Positions 10,847 through 22,099 of a DNA stretch of 64,000 nucleotides are shown in pieces. A model generated the notes under the pieces. That model searched no databases and was not told where the DNA came from. It saw only the letters and a list, made by a program, of their open reading frames with translations. The position numbers were made by a program, and so were the translations under genes. Source of the DNA: Ginglymostoma cirratum (taxonomy: Eukaryota). Each line of letters starts with the position of its first letter. Position 1 is the stretch's first letter. Location of the stretch: positions 38,052,717 through 38,116,716 of the forward strand of contig JAHRHZ010000139.1 of assembly GCA_024137785.1 (NCBI GenBank), given 5' to 3'.

Positions 10847-13800
10847 TTTCTGACTCCAATAATGCTACAGTACTTCCACTCATTGTGAAGCAGCAAAAGG
10901 AAAGTGGAAGTCCTTCAGCAAGTCCCATGCTGATAGTTATAAATAGTGTTCGTGGAGAGAGCTTAATGGGTGTCCTGTTGGGTTTTTAAAGAGATGGTGT
11001 TAATTTATGAATCCAAAAATGATAAGCTGGATATAAAGTCAGTATGAGACACTGATTGATCTTCCCACTCAATCTTGATTGTAAGTGGAACTGGTATCCT
11101 GCTGTCCTTCCAAACATGGCAATCAGTACAGGCTGTGTTGTAAGTAGATCAACTGCCATTTTTGGGACTCCTGGCTCCTATAGCATGGAGACCAGCAAAT
11201 GCTGGGGAGCTCAATTTTCCTGCCAAAGTGTGTGCTCTAGAGGTAGAGAAAAACAAATGCAATAAATTGAAATCGACAAAACAGATTTTGCTGAGTATGC
11301 GCTTCAATCTCCATGCTAGCTTTGAAAAACATTCTTGCAGTTGTAGAAAAGTGTATGAAAACAGAAATGGGATGCAGCATTTGGATTTTCCTCTTACTTA
11401 CATGGGGACTTACCATGTGTATGTGTGATAATGTTCGAAGACCATCACACTGCCAGTGTTCAAAGAAAACAATTACTGGGCCCAGAAGCACAGCAAGTAG
11501 AAAATCTAGGGAAACAAATGGCAGCTGCTCTTATGAGATGCAGTTAGCAAACTATACAAGACTAGGCAAGAAGAGAGTTCTGAAGGCCAATAACAGGATA
11601 GCAAGTGTCACTCATTCTAAACAGCCACTTCCACTCTAATAATCGACAACAATTTCCTTCTACCTTCCAAGTATGGAAACATTAATGAGTTTATGCAGCT
11701 GTGTTTGATAGACTTGGTTTTAAATGAGGCCCATTGTATGAATCAACAATAGATATTCATGGAATGTTGTGCTGTACTCAGTCTGACACTACAGTCCTTA
11801 CAGCAGTTTTCTCTTCTGGGTTAAATCTGCCAGAAAATCAAGCTTGATGTCTAGGGTCCATACAGTATCATCTACTATCTTCCGTGTACCTGGTTGGAAG
11901 GGATCGAAGTGAAGCAGCTGTGCTGTCCTGAGGGATATCTGATTCTGTTCTGCTGCAAGGTTGGCCTGTGAGTCACTGTTGCAAGCTGATCTTGTCAGCT
12001 TTGTGAATAGGGCTGTATTTCCATGTTGGCATACACAGAGTACATTGGGTGGAATCTTGCTAGCCTGTCTGCGGCTTTTGGAAAGCCACACAGGAAATGG
12101 TAATTGGGCTGGAGACCAAGTGTCAATTTCCCCACGGCAGGTTAAACTTCTGTTCGTTGGTTTTTCAAAAGTTTTCAGACAAGCCAGTCTTCCTGACCAG
12201 AGTTGGTGGGAGCCAGGTTTGCATTCGTGAGCTACAAATGCGATACGCATCTAGTAGCTGTTGGGATTCACTGCCCCACCCAGTCTCTGGAGGATACTTG
12301 GCTCCCTCAGGATCAAGCTGTTTCTTTGCACAAGAGCTTTTAGTGTTAGGGCCGAAGGCTCCCTGTGTACAGCAGTTCACAGGGAGTCTCATCCACACGC
12401 AGTCTACCAGTTTGTCCTTAAACACACACAGTGTTAGGGACGTTCACCAGCTCAATAGGGCTGCTAGTCTGCCCTGCAGAGGTAGCCACATGGGCTGGTT
12501 TTAGCTCATGTGACTGGGCCAGGCAAGGGAGCCATAACTGAAAGGGGAGACCAACTTAACTGGGGCTTTAAACTAAAGGGCGTTCAATAGAAAAAGGGAT
12601 GGGCAAAAAAGGAGGACAGGGAACTGAGCTGGGTGGAAAGAAAAGTAATGGGTGTGATTGTTGGGGTCCTCAGAGAGAACCTGGGGAACAGAGGGAGCAA
12701 GCTGCAATGCAGGGGAGAGAGCAACAGTTAGAGGGGCAAAGGGACAACAAAGGGTGGGAGCTGGATATTAAGGAAGGGGAGCACAATGGGGTAAGTTGGG
12801 TGTCAGGAGGGAGAAGGAGTAGTTGAAATGAATAAGGGTGTAATTGTGAGACTAGAAATGGGGATCTCATTGGGAGTGGCACAGGTGTATCAAAGAGATA
12901 GAGAAAGGGCCAGTGTCAGAGTGGGGGTGGGATTTGGAATTTAAGAAGAACAGAGGGGATGGGAGATGAAAGGAGAAGGCAATGGAAATTTATGGATGGG
13001 AAATTATATACAAAAGGGGGAGTTTGTGGCTGAAAGAGTCAAAGCTAAACCTTAACATCACCATCTTGCACCAACCCATTTTCTAGACGAGGGTTCGAAG
13101 AATCTGCATTTCTGGGAACTGTTCATGTGTTTAAACAGTCAGTGCACACCGAAAACAAGAGAGCAAAACTGAACTTGCCAGAAACTATTGCTCAAGCAAT
13201 CTCTGAAGACCTTTGAATTGAAGTTAAACAATAACTGTACATTAAAGGCGTTTAAGGTCTAACAGCAGCAATCAAATTCTCACCACCCATTTCCATTCAT
13301 TCATAAATCTTACACAAGCTAGGCAGGCAAGTTCACCAGCTGTGCCGATGGTGGAGGTAAGCTGGTAGTGGGGAATGAGTGTGTGATCATTCACTTTGGA
13401 TCACTGACAGGCCTGAGGATATAAGAGCGAACAATTTAGTGACGATACTGAACCGACTGATGTATGAGGTTTGCATCACTCTCCATGTACACCCACATAA
13501 ACACCCCCTAGATAAGAGCCCAAAGCTGCTATTGACTAAGATAAGACACAAAATATAAACTGTATACCTCATTCCTGCTACTTATTCACAGATCAGTAAC
13601 TCCATGCCAGATGTTGGAACTGTTGAACCCAGCAGCTATATTAACATTAACAAAACTAAGATGGTGAAGGGTGAAGGGAGGAGAAGGAAAAAGCAACTAC
13701 AGCAGAGTGAGAGACATGAGGCTCGGGGCTGTGGTTGTGGACCTTCAGGAAGCTCATGAAGAGGGGTACCAGGTAACTGTTGTTGAGCGTTTGACAGGGA

Positions 13801-14847
13801 AGGAGTGTGCAGTGATCTTCCGATGAGTGAACTGCAGTGCTCTGCAATTTGAGAGAAGCCACCAGGACTGGAAGGAATATCTGAGCCTGTTGGTCTGCAG
13901 AATACAACTAGCATTAGACCTCCTCTGTACCAGTTTCTTTCAAACGTCAACTCGAAACTTGTGGGTCATCTCCCAACCTTGAAAATACGCTTCCACTGCC
14001 TGGATTGCTCAGGAATGGCTCCCAGGTGGATGATGTCAGGCAGGGTCTTCAGATTAGTAATTGTTTTCTTGGCCCTCAGTCAATGACAGGGTGAGAACGT
14101 AGCTGTGGGACAGAAGGAGAGACCTCCTCACCTGTCTCCTCAGTAGAGGTATGATGGACATACTGACATAGATCTCCAGAATCATTTGACAAGGTTCCAC
14201 CTAAAAGTTTATTGCACAAAGTAGTACCTCAAGGTAAAGAGGCGTTATGTTCGAGCATGACAAGAAGATTGGCTGTCTGGCAGAAAACCACAGGAGTAAT
14301 AGCCAGTTGAGATACATCAGCCATACTGCCCTGAAGGAAATGGTTGTAAGATACACAGCATTTGTTTGCAGGAGACCTTCCACTTGCCGACATATAGAGG
14401 AACTGCATGTGCTGAATGCCTAACCCAACACATCCAGGTAGCCTTGAACTTCCCACTTCCCAAAGGATTTGCTCCTCCCAGCTGGGAACTGTGCACTGAA
14501 ACTGCAACGTTCTTTACAAACCTGCACGTGAAACATGTCCAGGCTGAGCATCAAGATATTAATAAATGTTCCATCACTATATTGTTTTTAATAATATTAT
14601 ACTACTCCCGAGGTATTCTGAAAAGGAATGCAAAACTGTTTGAGGTATATCAAGATTGCAGAAGACCTAAGGATTTTGCAAACTTGCGGTGCATTAATTT
14701 ACATGTAAATGCTTTACAAACCGCACTCAAAATTCATTCAATGTTCTTTTAGTTTTTGTTACCTACCATTGTGTCTGGGTGCTCCCTAAAGAGGTGCCTT
14801 GTTACAATGACTTCGGTGGCTAACAGCTGGTGACCCTGTGCAGTGAT

Positions 14848-15074
14848 TGTAACCATGTCAGTCAGGTGGACCTCATAGAATATGTGTTCCCTGACTGGGG
14901 TTGTTAATCTGGTTCAATCAGGGAGCCCTGGCTGATGGATTTAAACAGGAGTGTCAGAGGTTCTGTTCTTTCTGAGAGCTGGCTCAAAGGGAGCTGGATC
15001 AGTGTCAAGGACTGTCCATGTGTAAATAAAGGGGGACTTAGTGATGAGATACTGGCTTCTGTGGAGTTATTTCC
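14848..15074 (+). mobile_element. Probable solo LTR (Gypsy-like)
   Basis: Starts TGTAACC; CCAAT-like and TATA-like (gatttaaac) boxes; AATAAA near 15025; ends gagttatttc(c). No clear TSD. Confidence 0.55.
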
Positions 15075-15099
15075 CCCTGGGCCTAGAGAATACCAGCCT

Positions 15100-16100
15100 G
15101 ATCCGGGTCTACTGCACATGTTCAGGAGCAAAGCTCCCTGGAAGGAGCTTTTGGAGGTATCTGGGCCACTGGCAGAGGGGGGTTGGTGTGGCAGGGCACC
15201 TCTGGAGTGTCCCATGAGGACACTCCCTCGGTCTGTAGCTCCTCCTCCCTGCTGGTGTGGAATGGCACCTTCCTTAGCCTTTGAGGGAATGAGGCAGGAG
15301 TAGGAGCTCCAGATATCTCTTGCTTAGAAATGAAATCATCCAAAGATGCAGCAATGGAGTGAAGGTCCACCTCTCCACCCCCACCCTGACACACCCAGCA
15401 GGTAATGACTGTTCTGCTGGATCTGGATCTCCATGGCAACCATCCAGAGAGTTAGCCAGATGTTCACATGTCAGAGCATGGGCTGACTCCACTCTAGTCT
15501 GCCCAGGATCTCTTGCACCTCTGCTTGTCTCTTCAAGTCCAACAGTTCATGAATGACTGGGCCAGGAGTTCCAACATCAGCAAGAGCCTGTTCTTCAGCA
15601 ATTCTCCAAGTGTCTTAGCCCCCAGGCCTGTCTTCCTCCTGTGGGCCCGTGTCAATGCTGTACATACCAGAATGGGATCCTGAGCCCACTGTAGTGACAG
15701 GACTCCCCGCAGTTGGAGTCTGCGCTGGGATGTGTTGGGTGTAGATTGCCACGATACTACTCCTCCAAGTGGGCTTGGAGAGGGAGGGTAGGAGGATAGA
15801 ACGTTGCCCCATTCTCGATGGCTCTGTGATTGTGAACCACAGGCTGCAGAAAGAGAAACATAAAGATGTGTCAGTGTCCCAAGGCACCTCCCTTACCAAA
15901 AGTTTTTGCTTGAAATGCAGATGAGAGAAGCTGCTTGTAGGTTTATTCACTGGATGACTGTGGATACCCAATCCTAGTCCTATTCCCCATGCTCTCCTGC
16001 CAGTTAGGCATAACGATCCAGAGTTTGGGTATGCCACCCTCTGAGTTGGCACTCGCTCTCCAGTCGTCTACATTCTTCGGCAGTAAGGGCATAGGCACTA
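15100..16100 (-). pseudogene. Decayed Myb/SANT-like gene of a PIF/Harbinger transposon (C-terminal exons)
   Basis: Minus strand near 16000-16065 reads RERVPT / EGGIPKLWI across a frameshift, like the RER..TGGG.P.L.IL motif of Harbinger Myb proteins. Confidence 0.35.
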
Positions 16101-16190
16101 TGTTTGCCTGCATTGATCAGCACAGGTACAGATGTGAACCCTCAGATCTGCAATTGTCTGTATGCACTCTGTGTAAGAAGAAAGTGGTTT

Positions 16191-16523
16191 CATAGAATCT
16201 CTACAGTGTGAAACCAGGCCATTCAGTCTGTCAAGTCCACACTGACCCTCCAAAGAGCATTCCCACCTCGACCCACTCCCCTACCCTGTCCCTGTAACCC
16301 TGCCCTACCCATGGCTAACCCATCTAGCCCGCACATTCCTGGACACTACAGGACAATTTAGCATGGTCAATCCAACTAACCTGCACATCTTTGGAGTGTG
16401 GGAGGAAACTGGATCACTCGGAGGAAACCCACGCAGACACAGGGAGAATGTGCAAACTCCACACAGACAGTCGCCCGAGGGTGGAATCAAACCCAGGTCC
16501 CTGGCGCTGTGAGGCATCAGTGC
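16191..16523 (-). mobile_element. V-SINE (HE1-like)
   Basis: Same family as 10333 and 34839; tRNA head remnant, V domain and tail tctatg. Confidence 0.85.
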
Positions 16524-17269
16524 GGGGGACCTTGAGGGATTGAGAGGGTCCGAAATAAAATGTGGCGATGTATGGCCAAAAGGCTGGAATCAGTGGATAT
16601 CAGGATGTGAATGTGCTCAAGGCACATTCAGTACAGCCTCTAGCAGCACTGCATCTAGTCACGCCTCAGGGTTGATAGTGCATTGATATCCTGAGTCATA
16701 TTCCCCTAGTCGTAATGCTCATTAAAATCCTAAAAGGGAAGCCGAAGAGGAAAGTGCAAAACCACAAGGTGTGGAGAAATCAGCAGAGGACCTGCCCTGA
16801 GGCCGATCACTAACTTCAACAATGATAACCTCATCCTTTAATAACTCAATCTCAGTGTAGAATTTCCACAAACAACTATTGAACTTAAATTAACCTTGGA
16901 GGCTGTGTGGATAAGAATTTTAACAAATCTGAATTCTAGCGTTCTGTTATTTAAACCATCACATCAGATAACGATCTGTTTGATAAAGTGTTATTTTGCT
17001 TTGATACTCTTTCCTAAATACGAAGAAATCTGGAGAAGCAGTCTATTGTCTAACATGATAAGAGAGAGTGAAGACATTCACATCTATTGTCCAGTGTGCA
17101 ATTTATGTGTGTAACGGTTTGATCTGACTTGTACTAACCCATTCCAAGCAGAGCATAAAGACATAAAGAGATAAAAGGTACTGCAGATGCTGGAGAATCC
17201 GAGATAACAAGGCGTGGGGCTGGATGAACACAGCAGGCCAAGCAGCATCGTAGGAGCAGGAAAGCTTGA

Positions 17270-17369
17270 NNNNNNNNNNNNNNNNNNNNNNNNNNNNNNN
17301 NNNNNNNNNNNNNNNNNNNNNNNNNNNNNNNNNNNNNNNNNNNNNNNNNNNNNNNNNNNNNNNNNNNNN
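17270..17369. other. Assembly gap (100 N), probably a false or negative gap
   Basis: 17223-17269 and 17370-17416 are the same 47 bp. Confidence 0.85.
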
Positions 17370-17424
17370 GATGAACACAGCAGGCCAAGCAGCATCGTAG
17401 GAGCAGGAAAGCTTGATTTCATCA

Positions 17425-17458
17425 TTTCTGATGAAGGGTCTAGGCCCGAAACGTCAAG
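17425..17458 (+). ncRNA. Intact minimal hammerhead ribozyme motif
   Basis: ttt-CTGATGA-a-GGGT ctag GCCC-GAAAC-GTC-aag. Stem I uuu/aag, stem II 4 bp, palindromic loopless stem III (ACGU). Confidence 0.72.
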
Positions 17459-18529
17459 CTTTCCTGCTCCTACGATGCTGCTTGGCCTGCTGTGTACATC
17501 CAGCCCCACACCTTGTTATCTCATAAAGACATAAACTCTGGATTCGAAGGGAATCAAGGCTTGATTTCATTTTCTGGAAATTCCTATTTTGAAGTCGCAC
17601 TCACAGGGAGTATGGGTTAACAAAGTATTGGCCTACACCTGGTTACCCTTCCATCAGATTTAATGAACAGGAAATCGGGGAGTGCAGATTTAAAAAGTAT
17701 TGTAAATAAATTAAGATTATCTCACTGGCTCCTTCGTTTTTCAACACGTCTTCCCAGCATTGGCGTTCCTTGCAGCCACATAAAGCAAGAAATACGTCAA
17801 TAGCCAAAATCCTATCATCTCATTGTAAGACACATATCTGAGAAGATTTACATGCCTGGCATCATTTCTAGTGAAAGATGCCAGAGGTAGCAGGAGAGAC
17901 CGGAAGACTGACAGAAAGGCATTCCAGTGTGTAATTCCAATGGAAAATCTAAGCTATGGTTTCTGCAATGTGTGCCAGGATTACTGCAAAATTCAATGGA
18001 AAGATTGGCAAAATTCATATCTTCTCTGTGTATCCTATGTCATAACATTGGAATTCAAATATCTTACCTTTTAACGGCCAGAGTGGTCAGCTGATTGTGA
18101 CCCGTGATCCCTGGGCTTTTGGAAATCGGAATAGTTAAGAGTGGCCGACCTGTCTCATCATTGAGAGGGACGGGAGGGGACGGCACTGACAATTGTAGCC
18201 AGTACATAATGCATGTCTGTATAACACATTAGCTTGGATTACAGTACCAGCCAAGACTGGGCCACCCGTGTGACAGCTATGAGCAGTCTGACTTGGCTCA
18301 CTAGTAGCAATGTGGTTCCTACAGATAGTAACTGAACCAACCAGACCCGAGCCCCCGTTTCCTGTCAAGATCTACAAATCTAATTAAATTTCTGCTGACC
18401 TCCTGACATGCCATTTTTAAACACTTCTCAGATATCAATATTTAAACACTATACTTAAAAAAAATTTTAGAAACAAATTTACTGCAAGAAACTAATAAAA
18501 ATCGGTTCCTGAGAAGTGATTCTAGAAGT

Positions 18530-19060
18530 ACACATTGGCTGCTGCTGACGTCTTTATGCACTACCAGTAGAGCTGGCACTGTTGGGACATTCCATACGTC
18601 TGTGAGTCTCGCCCCATCATATAAGGCTAACCCAGCTGCATAGGTTGACAAAACTTGTAACACATGATGTATTTGGAACTTGCCAAAGACACCAGCAGGA
18701 TTTCCCACATCATAGGCTCTTAAAAGGCTTCTGGCTGCCCATAAAGCTGTTATTCGTGTTGAACTACTGAAAATGACTGGGCATCCACAATGGCATAATT
18801 TTGCTGGATTTCCTGTACGGCAGTATGTAGCTCAATTTGGAGGAAGTCATGCGGCTTGAGAGTTCAGCCAGGGCAGCATGTGTGAGGGTGACAGGGCATA
18901 TCAGTTGCCCTAACCTGTGCCCAGCTGTGTCATATTGTTGGAGGGCAGCACATGGATGCCAGGATAAGTAAATATACATGTGACAAGCTAGTTTATCAGC
19001 TTGTTGCTATAAACGGGGTTCAATACCAGGCACGAAGAGTGCTGGGCACAATGCCAACTG
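18530..19060 (+). pseudogene. Decayed Harbinger (HARBI1-like) DDE transposase
   Basis: Colinear remnants: RLYA..TVG(D)I (~18550-18595, frameshifted), AGFP..IIG (18695), VAQFGGSH..FSQ then GDRAYQL in one frame (18827-18907). These resemble LRFYA..GD, GFP..IG.IDG, A..PGS.HD and GD.GYPL. Confidence 0.45.
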
Positions 19061-19066
19061 CAGTTG

Positions 19067-20125
19067 GAGTTATAGAGTCATAGAGATGTACAGCAAGAAA
19101 CAGACACTTCTGTCCAACTCGTCCATGCCAACCAGATTTCCTAAATTAATCTAGTCCCATTTGCCTGCATTTAGCCCATATCCCTCTAAACCCTTCCTAT
19201 TCATATACCCATCCAGATGCCTTTTCAATATTGTGATTGTACCAACCTCCAGCTCTTCGTCTGGAAGTTCATTCCATACATGCACCACCCTCTATGTGAA
19301 AATGTTGCCCCTCAGGTTCCTTTTTAATCTTTCTCCTCTCACCTTAAACCTATGCCCTTTAGTTTTGGACTCCCCTACCCTGGCAAAAGACTTTTGACTA
19401 TTCATCCTATCCATGCCCCTCATGGTTTTATAAAAATCTCAATAAGGTCATCCCTCAGCCTCTGACGCTCCAGGGAAAATATCCCCAGCCTATTCAACCT
19501 CTCCCTATAGCTCAAACTCTCCAACCCTGGCAACATCCTTATAAATCTTCTGTGAACCCTTTCAAGTTTCATCACTTCTTTCATATCAGATCAGAATTGA
19601 ACACAGTAAGACCATAAGACCATAAGACGTAGGAGTGGAAGTAAGGCCATTCGGCCCATCGAGTCCACTCCACCATTTAATAATGGCTGATGGGCATTTC
19701 AACTCCACTTACCCGCACTCACCCCGTAGCCTTTGATTCCTTGCGAGATGAAGAATTTATCAATCTCTGCCTTGAAGACATTCAACGTCCCGGCCTCCAC
19801 TGCGCTCCGTGGCAATGAATTCCACAGGCCCACCACTCTCTGGCTGAAGAAATGTCTTCTCATTTCCGTTCTAAATTGACCCCCTCTAATTCTAAGGCTG
19901 TGCCCACGGGTCCTAGTCTCCCTACCTAACGGAAACAACTCCCCAGCGTCCACCCTTTCTAAGCCATGCACTCCAAAAGTGGCCTAACCAACCTCTTGTA
20001 CAGCCGCAACATGACCTCACAACTCCGTTACTCAATGCACTGACCAATAAAAGCAAGCGTACCAAGTGTCTTCTTCACTTACCTGTCTACCCCACTTTCA
20101 AGGAACTTGCGCTCCAAGGTCTGTT
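19067..20125 (-). mobile_element. CR1 LINE 3' fragment, interrupted by a younger CR1
   Basis: Tail repeats tatagagtcatagag; RT C-terminal similarity; host sequence resumes at 19970 (actccaaaagtggcc). Confidence 0.85.
19607..19970 (-). mobile_element. Young CR1 3' fragment with an (ATGGTCTT)n tail
   Basis: Uninterrupted C-terminal ORF (..TRGHSLRIRGGQFRTEMRRHFFSQRVVGLWNSLP..), CpGs retained, taagaccataagaccataagac tail. Confidence 0.88.
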
Positions 20126-20979
20126 TTTTTTTGAATACACAACCATGCTCATTATTTTCTACATCACTTGGCTATTTTGCTATATCATGGTGCTACTTGC
20201 ATTCCCTGTTAAATTGGTCAAATTTCAAGCAAAAACTTGCTATAGGCACAAAGTTGCTTCTCTAGCCGCATGGTCAGGCATTCATATAAGGTGTTGAGGC
20301 TGTGGGTTATCAGCACAGTGTTATATTTAATTGCAATGGCTTATTATCATTCTTTATCCTTGGCCCAACAACATCAGCAACCTTCCCTCTGTTATAAGGT
20401 CAGAATTGAGGATATTCACTGCATAATGTTCAGCACCATTCATGACTCCAGTAAGGAATGGTACAAATACCACCTCTAGGTGGCACAAAGAGCATGCTAA
20501 GAGGAAGCTGCTGCCAGTCAGAAGTGACAGAAATTTTTCTCATGACACTAACAGGTGGACATTTTTCAAGTGGGAAACTGACAATTTTTACTGCCCGTCG
20601 GATGACTGCCAAATTATTTGCACAGTGTCCAGGAGATTAATTCCTGAAAACATTAGGAAGATTAACAACCCCGAAGTTTAGCAGGAAAGCAAAAGAGCAG
20701 AGGTTCACTAAAGATCTGCAGTGAGTGAGATACCTGAAAAAACGTGAGCAACTTGTAATGTGTACAGTTTCATCTGTGATACATCAAAATGATATCTATA
20801 AAGTATACATCCGCACTTGCTGCTAAAACAAGCACTGAAAGGGAAAATAGACTAAGTGAGGGACCAACCCCTGTTGCCTCAGTTCCCACATGAATCCCCA
20901 CCCTGTCCCTGGATGAGGAAACAGGAGGGAGCGTGAGAAGTACTGGCAAGGCAGTACAGTACCTTGGTTGTGACTGGTT

Positions 20980-21200
20980 ACGTACTGTCTGTCTGAGTCA
21001 CTGCACAGCCAATTGTAACTGTATTGTTTTTGCAGTAGTGCATTCCCTCTGCTAATGACATATTTTCTTGCTGCATCACCTTGCAAACTTGATCAAAGAC
21101 TTGGGATTTCCTTGGTCCATGGGAAAGACTACCCCTCCCACGTGTCTCACAAAGTTTGTTATTGTGTCAGCTGTTGAGTTTGTTAGGACCTGTTAGCTTC
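20980..21200 (-). pseudogene. Decayed Myb/SANT N-terminal exon of a Harbinger element
   Basis: Minus strand LTNSTADTITNFVRHVGGVVFPMDQGNPKSLIKFAR*, resembling F.D..L..LL..V......LFP.D..RP..L.K.AW. Convergent with the transposase remnant at 18.5-19.1 kb. Confidence 0.35.
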
Positions 21201-21749
21201 GTCAACCTGCAGCAGCCAGGTCATATCGATGTCCGTTTCTTGGTTGCTCTTCAACACTACAAGACTTCAGTTTAATTAGCACACCTTTCTGTAAATCCTC
21301 CATGGTGGGGTGGATGCAATTACCAGCTCAACAATTCTGTTTGCCAGCTCCCCTTCTGAAAAATCACACAAATGAGGCCTTTGCATCTTTTCACAAAGCG
21401 GTCCATGATTCTGGAGGTTTCTATCCAAATGTGAGTTCTAATGAATGAATACTGGAGTTGCATCTGAGAGTTTTGTAATGTGGTCAGTGAGCAGGTTATT
21501 GCTGAGGAAGTGTCACATTAGCCCCCGGCAGCAACTCCCTCCATCACCTTGCTGATGATGGAGAGTAGACTGGTGTGCTGGTAACAGGCTGAGTTGGGTT
21601 TGGCTTGGCTGCTCAGGACTCTTGTTTGCAGACTGAGTGCCTGGAGAGAGATAAAGTACCAGTATTTACATTTGCAGCTGTAGTCTGTAGAGTGGGAGGG
21701 AGAGACCTGAGTTTGGTGTAGAGCGGGTGAGGTTGTGTAAATGGTTTTT

Positions 21750-22072
21750 TTAATTATTCATTTGTGGGACGTGAGCTTCATTGGCTGGCCAGCATTTATT
21801 GCCCATCTCTAGTTGCCCTTGAGAAGGTGGTGGTGAGCTGCCTTCTTGAATCGCTGCATTCCTCCTGTTGTGGGTTGACCCATAATGCTATTACGGAGAG
21901 AATTCCAGGATTTTGACCCAGCAACAGTGAAGGAACTGTGATATATTTCCAAGTCAGGATGGTGAGTGACTTGGAGGGAAATTTGGAATGTGGTGGCGTT
22001 CCCATATATCTGCTGCCCTTGTCCTTTTAGATGGAAGTGGTCGTGGGTTTAGAAGGTGCTGCCTGAGGATCT
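21750..22072 (-). mobile_element. 3' end of a non-LTR retrotransposon (CR1/L2-group family recurring in the window)
   Basis: ggctggccagcatttattgcccatc...gagaaggtggtggtgagctgcc...caagtcaggatggtg is shared with the copies at 48200, 50380 and 57810. Confidence 0.75.
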
Positions 22073-22099
22073 TACATCTGGATTATTGTCTGTTTTTGG

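Larger units (their letters stand above)
17168..17522. mobile_element. Fold-back mini PLE, family A (contains a 100-N gap)
   Basis: Inverted arms; perfect 13-bp TSD ataaagacataaa (17155-17167 and 17523-17535). Confidence 0.88.

Noticed and set aside
12590-13030. Purine-rich ORFs (also 42590-42975)
   Set aside because: Low-complexity G/A-rich tracts with no recognisable domain.
11000-14200. Several 70-150 aa ORFs
   Set aside because: No recognisable homology or consistent splice signals; probably old repeat-derived or unique intergenic DNA.
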